Of a DNA stretch of 64,000 bases, positions 9,085 to 19,548 are shown in pieces; positions within the stretch are counted from its first letter, which is position 1, and each line of letters opens with the position of its first letter. The stretch covers positions 192,001 to 256,000 of the forward strand of contig JAZDJN010000016.1 in NCBI GenBank assembly GCA_043803945.1, given 5' to 3'. The translations under genes and the position numbers were made by a program. The notes beneath the pieces were generated by a model, which ran no database searches, was not told the DNA's origin, and worked only from the letters and a program-made list of their open reading frames with translations. The stretch comes from a bacterium. Its GTDB lineage: Bacteria; Bacteroidota; Ignavibacteria; UBA10030.

Positions 9085-11838
9085 TTACTTACCCTTTGTT
9101 GGAGCAGCGGATTGAATCTTTGCCGATGAATCCTTCACGGATGCCTGGTCCATCAATCCTTTCAGCCGTGCCCGTTCAGGTGCGAGGACCTGTTCAATAT
9201 TTCGTTCAACCGGCATATATACGGTCTGGATCCGATCGAGTACGGCCAGCGCTTCTTTATACATATCGAGAGCTTCATAGGATCCAACGAGCATCTGATA
9301 CGAGTTTGGATAGTATTGATTGAACGGTTCTGCAACACCTTTATCGACAATCGGTTTTACTTCGGCGATAATCTCTCTCAGCATTTCCTTGTACTTCTCT
9401 TCATTCCCCGCTAACTTATAATTGACGGCGATGACCTGCTTGATATTCGGTTCCATTTTAATCACGTTGCGGGGCATCACCTGTTCCATCCGCTCCATCG
9501 TTTCGGATGCTTTTTTCATATCCTTGACCTGATAAATATAATGCTGCGAGAGCGCGATGAACGGTTGACGATAATTGATTGACAATAACCGCCTTGTGTC
9601 GTCATCAAAATACGTTGTGCTATCTCTGAGGCCTCTCCAACGGAATCCCGTTTGTGGTGTCAGAGAGGGCTGGTCGACATCTTTAAACAGATGGTCATGG
9701 ACTCTCGCCTCGTTCACAAAAGCACGGCCCCGCTTCGGCACCAGCCGGAATGCCAATCCTTCTAGTTGGAGGTATTCATCCAGGCCGATCTTTCCATCCT
9801 GTGTGATCGTCATGGCAAAGTATATTGGCCGGCGGAATTCGGAAGACTTCACAATATCAAAGACCAGGACATCCTGCACTCTCAGCAGTTTCACGCCTCT
9901 CATCTCCATGGTATTCGGCATGAAGAAGGTAACGGTATCGACGACATCGCTGCCGCTTGAACCCAGGACTGTTGTTGTTCCTTCCGGGCTGAAGATTTTC
10001 TTCACATCCTGCGGAACCGGGAACTTGAAGGTCTGCGGCGTGTAAGGAATGGCACCCTGTAATTGAGCGATGTTTGCATCACTGATCGAAATGGGGACTT
10101 TTGCTGCTCCGTACGGTTGCTGATGTTTTAGCTGCTTTATATACCAATCCGTATTGAGCAAGCTTAAATTCACAATACGAATGTCCCGCCGAACTCCTTC
10201 CACATCCTGCAAATACCAGAGTGGAAAAGTGTCGTTATCGCCATTGGTGAACAGGATGGCATCCTGCTCACAACTCTGGAGCAGGTTGTAGGAGTAATCC
10301 CACGCCACAAAATTACCTCTCCGGTCTGCCCTCTCAAAATTTGTTCGAGCCATGTTGACCGGCACAAACAGTAATGCGAGTCCAAGGACAAGATAGGTCG
10401 GTATTGATTCCTTGCCTGTACTTCCGAATTTCTCTTTGATCATTTCAATCAATGCGAGTACTCCCATACCGATCCACATGGAAAAGAGAAAGAAGGAACC
10501 CACATAGAAGTAGTCGCGTTCTCTGGGCTGCGGTTCTTGCATATTAAAGTAGAATACAAGAATCGCACCGAACAATAAAAATGCGGAGGTTGCGATGAAG
10601 GCCATCTTTGGATCTCTTCGCCAATGGTGATAGAGTCCGATGAATCCGAGGATTAACGGAATTGCGAACAGTTGATAAAAGTTCACTCCCGGCTCCCGTT
10701 CACTATCCATTCCGACAAAATTCCAGCCGAAATAGCGCAGGTACATTTTATTGAGCTGGTATTGCCAGAAATAGTCAAAATCGCTAGTATACTTGCTGTA
10801 ATTTCTTTGAATTTCAGGATCATAATCATTGTACCGCCGATTCATAAGCGGAGCTTGTCCATACTGTTCACGATTGAGGTAGGAAACTAGCCTTCCACTC
10901 GTGCTGGGATCGTTTTCATTCATTGGCGTTTGTGCATTTGCGCGCATAAAGACCATGATGTAGGTCGAATACCCGAGAACAATAAACAAAAATGACAATA
11001 AGGAAACATTCACAACGCGGTGTTTAGTCTTTGCCGATTGGTAGACGCCAATGATCGCTCCGAGAATAATCAAAATTGGTATCCAGATCACAAAGTCGCC
11101 GCGAAGTTGTCCTACCTGTCCGTCGAGCATCGATGGGAATTCTTTTACCACCAGCGGGTACACAGCACCAAATATCAGGAGGGCAACGATTCCAAATCGT
11201 ACAAACGATTGAATTGAAAATTCGTAACGCCGGAAATAGAACAAGAGCATAACAGGAAACAATGCGAGAATCGCCAGAAGATGCACACCGACCGAAAGTC
11301 CGGTAAGATAGGCAATGACAAGAAGGTAGACATCACTTCGTTCCCAGTCAGCCCGTTCATACCAGCGTAATGCCAGCCAGAGGATTACACTAACAAAGAG
11401 CATGCTCACACCATAGACCTCAGCTTCGACAGCATTGAACCAGAATGTCGGTGTAAACGTTAAGGAAAGCGCTCCAATAGCTGCCGACCCATAGACCGTG
11501 AGTTTATCGATGACCGTGGCCGGTTTTTCTCTCCACATGAGAATGAACTTAATCGAGATCAGGTAGAGAAACATAATCGATAATGCACTTGAGAGAGCCG
11601 AAATAAAATGCATTCGAACAGCAATATCGGAAACGAAGGGGATCATAGAACTCACACGTGCGATGAGCAGAAACAAGGGCGCTCCCGGCGGATGCGGTAC
11701 CTGGAGAGAAAATGCCGCGGCACAGAACTCACCAACATCCCAAAATACGACCGTCGGTGAAAGCGTTATCCAATACGTGAGTATGGTAATAGTAAAAACA
11801 GAGAGCGCTACAATTCGGTTTAGTTTCTTGTGATCCAT
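9085..11838 (-). CDS. DUF2723 / TMEM260-like polytopic membrane glycosyltransferase (GT-C)
   Basis: FWDVGEF, VPHPPGAP, FWFNAVEAEVY, PRERDYF, GDNDTFPLWY motifs; many TM segments; TPR-like C-terminus. Confidence 0.88.
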   Translation of the reverse strand: MDHKKLNRIVALSVFTITILTYWITLSPTVVFWDVGEFCAAAFSLQVPHPPGAPLFLLIARVSSMIPFVSDIAVRMHFISALSSALSIMFLYLISIKFILMWREKPATVIDKLTVYGSAAIGALSLTFTPTFWFNAVEAEVYGVSMLFVSVILWLALRWYERADWERSDVYLLVIAYLTGLSVGVHLLAILALFPVMLLFYFRRYEFSIQSFVRFGIVALLIFGAVYPLVVKEFPSMLDGQVGQLRGDFVIWIPILIILGAIIGVYQSAKTKHRVVNVSLLSFLFIVLGYSTYIMVFMRANAQTPMNENDPSTSGRLVSYLNREQYGQAPLMNRRYNDYDPEIQRNYSKYTSDFDYFWQYQLNKMYLRYFGWNFVGMDSEREPGVNFYQLFAIPLILGFIGLYHHWRRDPKMAFIATSAFLLFGAILVFYFNMQEPQPRERDYFYVGSFFLFSMWIGMGVLALIEMIKEKFGSTGKESIPTYLVLGLALLFVPVNMARTNFERADRRGNFVAWDYSYNLLQSCEQDAILFTNGDNDTFPLWYLQDVEGVRRDIRIVNLSLLNTDWYIKQLKHQQPYGAAKVPISISDANIAQLQGAIPYTPQTFKFPVPQDVKKIFSPEGTTTVLGSSGSDVVDTVTFFMPNTMEMRGVKLLRVQDVLVFDIVKSSEFRRPIYFAMTITQDGKIGLDEYLQLEGLAFRLVPKRGRAFVNEARVHDHLFKDVDQPSLTPQTGFRWRGLRDSTTYFDDDTRRLLSINYRQPFIALSQHYIYQVKDMKKASETMERMEQVMPRNVIKMEPNIKQVIAVNYKLAGNEEKYKEMLREIIAEVKPIVDKGVAEPFNQYYPNSYQMLVGSYEALDMYKEALAVLDRIQTVYMPVERNIEQVLAPERARLKGLMDQASVKDSSAKIQSAAPTKGK

Positions 11839-11882
11839 TGAGACCTCGTTTAACCTTAACGTTTAGTATTTTTTGTAATTAC

Positions 11883-12007
11883 TCAGTCAGTTCTCCACTG
11901 ATGACACACCGAGATACACGGACAATGATTTATTCTATATCTTCGGATAAGATTTCATATTACTTCCTTTTCTCAGTGATTATCAGTGTGCCATCAGTGG
12001 TTAAAAA
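11883..12007 (-). repeat. MITE/REP-like element, copy 1
   Basis: Inverted repeats CCACTGATGACACAC (11895-11909) and GTGTGCCATCAGTGG (11986-12000). The reverse complement matches 57391-57537 (63/68 nt at one end, 28/30 at the other). Confidence 0.85.
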
Positions 12008-12097
12008 ATAATGTATTACCTACTCAGCAGAGTAGTTACATTTTTGTCATAATGTATTGCGAAATGCTCGGAACTTCAACAACTTCTTTCCTTTTTC

Positions 12098-13243
12098 TTA
12101 GACGATCGAAGCACAGATTTCATCACAGATCAGATAGCCCTTCGAAGTCAATCGAAACCGATCTGCTTCATAGACCGCAAACCCGTGAGTAACCAATTCC
12201 TGTATCTTTTGTTCCTGTTTTATTTTCTTTTCCTCAGCCACCCCTCCGAAGAGAGCCCGATCGACTCCTTCACTCCGAAGTCCCAGAAACAATTTTTCCT
12301 CAAGTATCTGATCATCATTCAGGACTTCCTCTCCTCCTACAGGGAGGAGATGTCCCTCTACCTGAGCACAGTACGACTGCAGATCGCTCACATTCCACCA
12401 TCGACGGCGGCCCCAGAATGAATGCGCCGATGGACCAAGGCCCAAATAGGATGTGTGATTCCAATAATTCAGATTATGGAGACATTGATATCCCTTCAGG
12501 GCAAAATTTGAGACTTCATATTGCTGAAAGCCATGAGAGCTCAGATGCTTCATAGTATATTCATACTGTTCTGCATCTTCCGAAGGATCGAGCATCGCAA
12601 CCTGATTTGCCTGAACCATCCTGAATAATGGGGTCTCGAGCTCAAGGATCAGACTATAGCAGGAGATGTGCTTTGGCTGCAATTCAACCGCCTGATCCAG
12701 ATTCGCTTTCCACCGATCGAGATTCTGGCCTGGGAGAGAAAAAATTAAATCGAGACTCACGTTTTCAAATCCTGAGTTGTAAGCATCCCGGATGCTCTGC
12801 ATCGCATCAGATGCTGAGTGAATGCGTGTGAGAAATCGTAGATCGTCATCATGAAACGATTGTACACCGAAGCTGATTCGGTTGAATCCTCCTGCGCGAA
12901 GTCTTTGCAGCGCCTCAGAGTTGACAGTCCCCGGATTAGCTTCAAGTGTAATCTCTGCACCTGGAGAAAGAGTAAATCGGGTCCTTATCATGTCGAGAAT
13001 CCTGATCAATTGGTCAGGCTGAAATAACGAGGGGGTTCCGCCTCCTAAAAAGAGCGTCTGATACTCCGTCGAAAATTTCGGATCACTTGATCGATGCTCA
13101 ATCTCCATTTCAAGTGCTGAGAGGAATCTTTCAATCAACGCGTGAGAACTATTCCCGAGGCTTACAGTGGAGAGTGAATAGAAATCACAATACACACATT
13201 TCTGAGCACAAAAAGGAATATGGATATAGAGGCTTGCCATCAC
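12098..13243 (-). CDS. hemW: Radical SAM heme chaperone HemW
   Basis: YIHIPFCAQKCVYCDF, GGGTPS, YEVSNF, HNLNYW motifs; next to lepA. Confidence 0.9.
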   Translation of the reverse strand: MMASLYIHIPFCAQKCVYCDFYSLSTVSLGNSSHALIERFLSALEMEIEHRSSDPKFSTEYQTLFLGGGTPSLFQPDQLIRILDMIRTRFTLSPGAEITLEANPGTVNSEALQRLRAGGFNRISFGVQSFHDDDLRFLTRIHSASDAMQSIRDAYNSGFENVSLDLIFSLPGQNLDRWKANLDQAVELQPKHISCYSLILELETPLFRMVQANQVAMLDPSEDAEQYEYTMKHLSSHGFQQYEVSNFALKGYQCLHNLNYWNHTSYLGLGPSAHSFWGRRRWWNVSDLQSYCAQVEGHLLPVGGEEVLNDDQILEEKLFLGLRSEGVDRALFGGVAEEKKIKQEQKIQELVTHGFAVYEADRFRLTSKGYLICDEICASIV

Positions 13244-13251
13244 AGGGTCGA

Positions 13252-14193
13252 TTAGTGAATTACCGTACCTATTCTATTCCAACGAATGTTTGAGAACCGA
13301 TCCCAGATAGAATTGCCGGTGGCAAACGGATCCCACGACCAATAGACCACCAATGCTTCGCCGAGGAGATAATTATCAGGAATGAATCCCCAGAACCGGC
13401 TATCCAAGCTATTTCCACGATTATCACCAAGAGCGAAATAATAATCTTGATGAACGAGATACTTTAATGACTGGACACCATCAATCGAAATTCGCCCGTT
13501 GTGTTCACTCACCCGATGACCTTCTCGTTCAATAAACGGTTTCCAATGCTTGAAGTTAGATACTGTGAGTTCGATACTGTCTCCCCGTTTCGGGACAATG
13601 AGCGGCCCATAGTGTGCGTCGGTGTAATCGGCGCCATCGAGATAAAATGGATACGCTCTTGAGCTATGCCCCTCCCAGGCCGACGGCTTTGCAGTTCTGG
13701 GATTTATCAATTCCTTCCCGTTGATAAACACTCTCCCCTTGACCATTTCAATCGTATCACCGGGCAATCCGATACATCGCTTAATATAGTTTACCATCTC
13801 TGTATGCCTCTGTGTCGCTTCACCCGGATATTCAAACACTATAACATCTCCCCGCTGCACATTTCGAAACTTTGGAAATGACAGGGAGGGAATTGTCATA
13901 TTGGTGAGCGGGATGGTACGCGGTGTCCGAATGCCATACACTAACTTATTGACGAGCAGAAAATCACCTACAAGTAACGTATCCTCCATCGAGCCGGAGG
14001 GAATCCGAAATGCTTCGACTACAAAGAGCTTCAGAATAAATGCGACGCAAAGTGTAATGAGCAGTGTTTTGAGATACTCTTTAAGCCGTTTGAAGCGTTC
14101 TTGCTTCGTCGACGGGGGAGTCTGATGTTCCTGAGGTTGATCAGGCACAGTGACGGAATTCTCTTCGTGTTCCAGCACCTCAATCATCCACAC
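13252..14193 (-). CDS. lepB: Signal peptidase I (paralog 2)
   Basis: IPSGSMED catalytic Ser, YIKRCIGLPGD Lys, GDNRGNSLDSRFWG. Confidence 0.93.
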   Translation of the reverse strand: MWMIEVLEHEENSVTVPDQPQEHQTPPSTKQERFKRLKEYLKTLLITLCVAFILKLFVVEAFRIPSGSMEDTLLVGDFLLVNKLVYGIRTPRTIPLTNMTIPSLSFPKFRNVQRGDVIVFEYPGEATQRHTEMVNYIKRCIGLPGDTIEMVKGRVFINGKELINPRTAKPSAWEGHSSRAYPFYLDGADYTDAHYGPLIVPKRGDSIELTVSNFKHWKPFIEREGHRVSEHNGRISIDGVQSLKYLVHQDYYFALGDNRGNSLDSRFWGFIPDNYLLGEALVVYWSWDPFATGNSIWDRFSNIRWNRIGTVIH

Positions 14194-15116
14194 TAATCTA
14201 TCAATGTCCCAATCCGACCAAGTCGAACTGAAGCCAACTTACCAAATATGTCGTACAACGGCAACGAGGTATCCCACGACCAATACACGATAAGTGGAGT
14301 GCCTACGAGATTGTCCTTTGGAATAAATCCCCAATACCTGCTATCCAAGCTGTTGTCTCGATGATCGCCCATGCCGAAGAGATAATCCTGCTGGACGGTA
14401 TATTCTGTCACGGCCTGATTGTCGATCTCTACGTTGCCATTGTTCAGGCGAATGGAATGCCCTTCTCGTTTAATGAAGGTGTCCCATACCTCAAAGTGTT
14501 CTGCCGAGAGTACAACTTTCATCCCCTTAAAGGGAACGACGAGTGGACCGAAGTGGTCTTCATTGAAGGGAGCGCCTTTTGGAAAAATCCGTTCATCACG
14601 AAATGTTTCAGGGAGCGGCATGTGGGAATCGAATTTGATGTTGCGGGGAATTGTGAATTGTGTACCATTCACAAACAAGACCCGGTTCACCACCTTGATT
14701 GTATCGCCCGGTAATCCCACACAACGTTTGAGATAGAACATAAAATCTTCAGAGGTGATATCATCGCGGTTGCCGGGCCACACAAAGACAATCACATCTT
14801 TGCGTTCGACATCTCTGAATTTCGGGACACGGAACCATGGGAGCCGAACATTGGTGAACGGGATATTTCGAGGGGAAGTACCGCCATAAATAAACTTGTT
14901 CACAAAAAGAAAGTCACCGGTCATGACCTCATTTTCCATTGAGCCGGTTGGTACAAGAAATGAAGCAATGACAAAGTTATTCAGGACCAGAAACGCCCCC
15001 AGCACAATGCCAACCTCTTTAAGCCCTGCAATAATTTTTTCTTTCCAGGTTTGAGGGGAAGTACCTTCCTTCTCTTTCGATTCCTTTTTTTCTTTAGAAG
15101 TCTTTTTCTTTTCCAC
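14193..15116 (-). CDS. lepB: Signal peptidase I (paralog 1)
   Basis: VPTGSME, YLKRCVGLPGD, GDHRDNSLDSRYWG. Confidence 0.93.
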   Translation of the reverse strand: MEKKKTSKEKKESKEKEGTSPQTWKEKIIAGLKEVGIVLGAFLVLNNFVIASFLVPTGSMENEVMTGDFLFVNKFIYGGTSPRNIPFTNVRLPWFRVPKFRDVERKDVIVFVWPGNRDDITSEDFMFYLKRCVGLPGDTIKVVNRVLFVNGTQFTIPRNIKFDSHMPLPETFRDERIFPKGAPFNEDHFGPLVVPFKGMKVVLSAEHFEVWDTFIKREGHSIRLNNGNVEIDNQAVTEYTVQQDYLFGMGDHRDNSLDSRYWGFIPKDNLVGTPLIVYWSWDTSLPLYDIFGKLASVRLGRIGTLID

Positions 15117-15231
15117 AAGTCCTCACATCTTCAGTGAATAATAGTTCATACAGTTTGCACGGGTCAGCCATCTCGGCATCACGATTTGATTCTGAAATTT
15201 CCTGTTACACCGATACCGATCATCCTAAAGT

Positions 15232-17031
15232 CTACTCTTCCATCGAGAGCACGGCAAGGAACGCTTCCTGAGGAATTTCCACCTTGCCCACCTGTTTCAT
15301 CCGTTTCTTTCCTTCCTTTTGCCTCTCGATCAGCTTTCTCTTTCGGGTGATATCTCCGCCATAACATTTTGCCAGAACATTTTTTCTCATAGCACTCAGG
15401 CTTGTCCGGGCAATCACCTTACTGCCAATTGCAGCTTGAATCGCAACATCGAACATCTGGCGGGGAATAAGTTCTTTCAATTTCGAGCACATTTTCCTTC
15501 CCCATTCGTACGATTTCAAACGATGAACAATTGTCGACAGAGCGTCTACCGGCTCACCATTCAAAAGGATATCGAGTTTGACAAGGTCCGATTCCCGATA
15601 ATCCAGGAGGTCATAATCGAATGAAGCATAACCCCTCGAAATCGATTTTAGCTTATCGTAGAAATCGAATATAATTTCTGCCAGTGGCAGTTCGTAATGA
15701 ATATCTGCCCGTTCCGGCGTGATGTAGGTGGTGTTGCGGTGGACTCCTCGCCGTTCCATACAGAGTTTCATGATTGAGCCGATGTATTCTGTTGGTGCAA
15801 TGATTTGTGCACGGATATAGGGTTCTTCAACTTTCTCAATTTTAACCGCAACAGGCATGAAGGCAGGGTTATCGACCACCATCATTTCCTTGTCCGTCTT
15901 CCACACTCGATACTCTACATTCGGAACTGTGTTGATCAATGCCTGATTGTATTCGCGTTCCAAACGCTCACGAATAATTTCCATGTGCAATAATCCAAGA
16001 AATCCACAACGGAATCCAAAACCGAGTGCCACAGAACTTTCCGGCTCAAAAATGAGTGAGGCATCGTTCAATTTCAACCGTTCAAGAGCATCGCGAAGTT
16101 CACCAAAATCGTCGCTGTCCGATGGGTACATCCCGCTGAAGACCATCGGCTTCACTTCCTTATAACCCGGAAGCGGCGCATGTGCGGGATTAGTGACCGA
16201 CATAATAGTGTCGCCAACCTTGGTGTCGTGAACATCCCTCACATTTGCGATAACATAGCCCACATCTCCGGCTGAAAGTTCTCCTATTCGCTTCCGCTGC
16301 ATTTCCAGTATTCCGATATCTTCAGCCTGAAATTCTTTTCCATTCGAAAAGAAACGGATCTTGTCTTTTTCCCGTATGACTCCATCGAACACTCTAACAT
16401 AGGCTACTGCACCCCGGTACTCATCGAAGATTGAATCGAAAATAAGCGCCCGCAGTGGAGCACCGGGATCACCTTTCGGTGCCGGAATGCGATGAACGAT
16501 GGCTTCCAATATCTCATCAGTCCCAAGCCCAGCCTTTGCACTTCCATAGAGTATTTCTTCTTCTTTGCATCCAACAAGATCGGTTACCTGACGTTTTACG
16601 GTGTCGATCATTGTATTTGCACTGGGCAAATCGATTTTATTGATAAACGGAATAATCTCCAGACCAGCATCGATCGCAAGATAGAGATTGGAGATTGTCT
16701 GAGCTTCCACGCCCTGTGTGGCATCGACCACCAGAATCGCACCTTCACAGGCAGCTAGAGAGCGAGAGACTTCATAGGTGAAGTCGACATGCCCTGGGGT
16801 GTCAATCAAATTGAGAGTGTATTCTTCGCCACCTTTCGAATGATAATTCATCTGGATTGCATGCAGCTTGATAGTGATACCACGCTCCTGCTCTAATTCC
16901 ATATCATCCAACACTTGCTTCGTCATATCTCTTGCAGCGATCGTCCCTGTTCTCTCGAGAAGACGGTCAGCTAGTGTTGACTTGCCATGATCAATGTGGG
17001 CTACTATGCAGAAATTGCGAATATTCTTCAT
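15232..17031 (-). CDS. lepA: Translation elongation factor 4
   Basis: [23 protein letters not shown]; [13 protein letters not shown]; start placed at 17031, the track extends it to 17172. Confidence 0.97.
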   Translation of the reverse strand: MKNIRNFCIVAHIDHGKSTLADRLLERTGTIAARDMTKQVLDDMELEQERGITIKLHAIQMNYHSKGGEEYTLNLIDTPGHVDFTYEVSRSLAACEGAILVVDATQGVEAQTISNLYLAIDAGLEIIPFINKIDLPSANTMIDTVKRQVTDLVGCKEEEILYGSAKAGLGTDEILEAIVHRIPAPKGDPGAPLRALIFDSIFDEYRGAVAYVRVFDGVIREKDKIRFFSNGKEFQAEDIGILEMQRKRIGELSAGDVGYVIANVRDVHDTKVGDTIMSVTNPAHAPLPGYKEVKPMVFSGMYPSDSDDFGELRDALERLKLNDASLIFEPESSVALGFGFRCGFLGLLHMEIIRERLEREYNQALINTVPNVEYRVWKTDKEMMVVDNPAFMPVAVKIEKVEEPYIRAQIIAPTEYIGSIMKLCMERRGVHRNTTYITPERADIHYELPLAEIIFDFYDKLKSISRGYASFDYDLLDYRESDLVKLDILLNGEPVDALSTIVHRLKSYEWGRKMCSKLKELIPRQMFDVAIQAAIGSKVIARTSLSAMRKNVLAKCYGGDITRKRKLIERQKEGKKRMKQVGKVEIPQEAFLAVLSMEE

Positions 17032-17195
17032 TGAATCAGCAGCAACCAGCTTTCTTATCCATTCTGACGTTTTCGAAGGTTCAATGGTTCCGTTCTTTTC
17101 ATGGAAACGCGATAGATCTATTCCCATGAAAAAAACAAAGAGTAAAGAGTGGTAAGTGCAACAATTGATCACCCTTTACCCCTTCAACCAGTAAA

Positions 17196-17224
17196 AATAT
17201 AGCTCAAAATGCGAAGAAGAGCAA
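17196..17224 (-). promoter_or_regulatory. sigma70-type promoter for the lepA operon
   Basis: TTGCTC-N17-TATATT on the minus strand. Confidence 0.6.
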
Positions 17225-17448
17225 GAAATGAAAGCAGTGATTTCGCGACCCCCGGAAGATGATCGAACACCTTTCAGAAGTACAAGATGGAAGATTTTAA
17301 CCTGGTTGAATCAATCCGAAGTTATCCTTACCTATTATCAGTACAATTGTGTCGGGGAAGTCCTGGATATCTACCGAACGGAGAAACTTTCCTAGAGATA
17401 AACAGTATTCATTGAGCAAGCATTGGAGGAAATCTTTTCTAAAAAGAA

Positions 17449-18096
17449 TTAGCGGAGCGGCAATCGCAGTTTTAGCGCAACCGTACCACCGAGATCGGAT
17501 GAGACATCGAAGTTATAAAGACTCGCACCAACATAGGCATCGACGAGATTCAAAATGTAAGTAAGGGCAAGGTAGAGGGAAAAACGATCTCGTTCATCAT
17601 GATAGAAATCACGCTCAAAAAGATATTGTGGATTTCCTCGCTCATCCTTTTGGATTGACTCTGAATACTTCACCTTTGCAGATTGGTAGAGATCCTGGGC
17701 TCTTATAATCTGTGAGATGAAGTATCCGCCGAATCCGATAATGATCGGCACTTTCCAATATCGCTCCGTGTAAATCTGCCCGGCACCCGGTAAAATCGCT
17801 GAGAGTAAGAGCGCCTTTGTGCCCGATTTGTATGCAATGGCAACTCCTCCTGAGTCGATTTTTGTTGTATCGTAAACCGATATGGAGTACCGATTATCCT
17901 GAAGAGAGTAGGATGAAGGAGAAAGAAGAGAATTTTTATATTGGGCTGTGGATTGCACGGTGATAATACCGATAAGCAACAAGGCTGATGCGCAGCACTG
18001 AAAACATTTGCTCCATCGGCGAACCGAGCCATCCATGAGAGAGTTGTCAAACCACACACTCATCGAAACACCTTTCCCGGGGACTGGGATCATCAT
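17449..18096 (-). CDS. DUF5683-like membrane/exported protein
   Basis: KALLLSAILPGAGQIY..RYWKVP and YILNLVDAYVGA.L..FDVS motifs; start uncertain. Confidence 0.7.
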   Translation of the reverse strand: MMIPVPGKGVSMSVWFDNSLMDGSVRRWSKCFQCCASALLLIGIITVQSTAQYKNSLLSPSSYSLQDNRYSISVYDTTKIDSGGVAIAYKSGTKALLLSAILPGAGQIYTERYWKVPIIIGFGGYFISQIIRAQDLYQSAKVKYSESIQKDERGNPQYLFERDFYHDERDRFSLYLALTYILNLVDAYVGASLYNFDVSSDLGGTVALKLRLPLR

Positions 18097-18100
18097 CGTG

Positions 18101-18490
18101 CTATTGTTCGAGAAGAGCTATAACCTCAATCTCAACCTTCGCATCTTTGGGCAAACGTGCAACCTCAATCGTGCTGCGTGCTGGCGCGGGTAAAGAAAAG
18201 TATTCAGCGTATACCTTATTCATCTCGCCAAATTCATTCATATCCTTGATGAAGACGGTCGTTTTAAATACCGATTTCATTGAACTCCCGGCGCTCTTCA
18301 AGAGTGCATCAATACTTCGCAATGTCTGATGCGTCTGTGTTCGGATGTCGCCATCGATAAATTGATTAGTAGCCGGATCGATCGAGATCTGTCCGGCTGT
18401 GTAAACAAATTTACCATCAACGACAACTGCGGCAGAGTATGGACCTATTGGTTTAGGGGCTTGCTCAGAGGTAATGGATTGAAAAGGCAT
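18101..18490 (-). CDS. RidA/YjgF family imine deaminase
   Basis: APKPIGPYS, GQI, PARSTIEVARLPKDAKVEIE. Confidence 0.93.
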   Translation of the reverse strand: MPFQSITSEQAPKPIGPYSAAVVVDGKFVYTAGQISIDPATNQFIDGDIRTQTHQTLRSIDALLKSAGSSMKSVFKTTVFIKDMNEFGEMNKVYAEYFSLPAPARSTIEVARLPKDAKVEIEVIALLEQ

Positions 18491-18624
18491 TTCTTCTTCC
18501 AGAATTAATGATTGAGAGATATAAACTGTGAAGCACCATTGCGGCGTCAGTAAAATCTCGCATTTCTTTGAATGTAATTTTGACCCGCTGTCTCAAAAGG
18601 TATGAGCTATCATCGGGTGATGTG

Positions 18625-19548
18625 TTACTGCAATTTCTGCAGTTCAGCAAAGAGGTCGAGCAGTCGATCAAGATCGTCAAGGGAATAATATTCGATGACA
18701 ATTTCGCCTCTGCCTTCACTCTTGGAGCGTACCGAGACCTTGGTTCCCAAAGCTCGCCGGAGCTGTTCCTCAACAGTTTGAATACTCGAGGCTGGGACTG
18801 TTGAACCGCCTGATTTGGACGACCTGGGGGAAGATGTTTTTCCTCCGGCCTTCACCATCTGTTCTACTTTTCTGACAGAATATCCCGCATCGACGATTTT
18901 ACGATACAGTTTTAATTGTGTTTGCTCCGATGGCATCGTGATGAGAGCGCGTGCATGTCCCATCGAAATCAGATTCTTCTTGATCCCAAGTTGAATTTCG
19001 TGCGGGAGCTTGAGCAGGCGGATGAAATTTGTGACGGTTGTTCGATCTTTACCAACCTTATCGGCAATTTCTTCCTGTGTCAGGTTACATTCGTCGACAA
19101 GGCGCTTGTATCCATGCGCAATTTCTATTGGATTCAGAGTTTCGCGCTGGATATTCTCAATGAGAGCCAGCTCGAGCATCTCTTCATCTGTTTCAACTGA
19201 AATGATATAAGCGGGGATATGAATTAAGCCGGCGCTTTGGGCTGCCCGCAATCGCCGTTCACCGGTCACGAGTTGATAACCATCTCCAATCCGTCGGATT
19301 GTGATCGGTTGAATGACGCCCTTCTCGATAATCGATTTTGTTAAATCCTGTAACGCCTCCGCATCAAATTCAGTGCGGGGCTGGAAGGGATTCGGCTGGA
19401 TACTCTCCAACTCTACTCGTGCGATGACGCCGGTTCCCCCGATATCCATGCTAAGTTCATCACCACGAATGCTCACTTCTTTCGAAGGAGTTTTTGGAAT
19501 GAGAGCGCTGAGACCTCGTCCTAGTACGGACTTTTTTTGGATAGACAT
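18625..19548 (-). CDS. parB: Chromosome partitioning protein ParB
   Basis: LGRGLSALI, NPFQPR, GERRLRA, ENIQRE.LNPIE. Confidence 0.96.
   Translation of the reverse strand: MSIQKKSVLGRGLSALIPKTPSKEVSIRGDELSMDIGGTGVIARVELESIQPNPFQPRTEFDAEALQDLTKSIIEKGVIQPITIRRIGDGYQLVTGERRLRAAQSAGLIHIPAYIISVETDEEMLELALIENIQRETLNPIEIAHGYKRLVDECNLTQEEIADKVGKDRTTVTNFIRLLKLPHEIQLGIKKNLISMGHARALITMPSEQTQLKLYRKIVDAGYSVRKVEQMVKAGGKTSSPRSSKSGGSTVPASSIQTVEEQLRRALGTKVSVRSKSEGRGEIVIEYYSLDDLDRLLDLFAELQKLQ

Noticed and set aside
17032-17172. N-terminal extension of LepA in the ORF track
   Set aside because: Conserved LepA begins at MKNIRNF; the extension most likely corresponds to 5' UTR after the promoter at 17196-17224.
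17230-17448. Unassigned ~220-nt spacer between the DUF5683-like gene and the lepA promoter
   Set aside because: No convincing ORF, repeat or stable structure found by eye.
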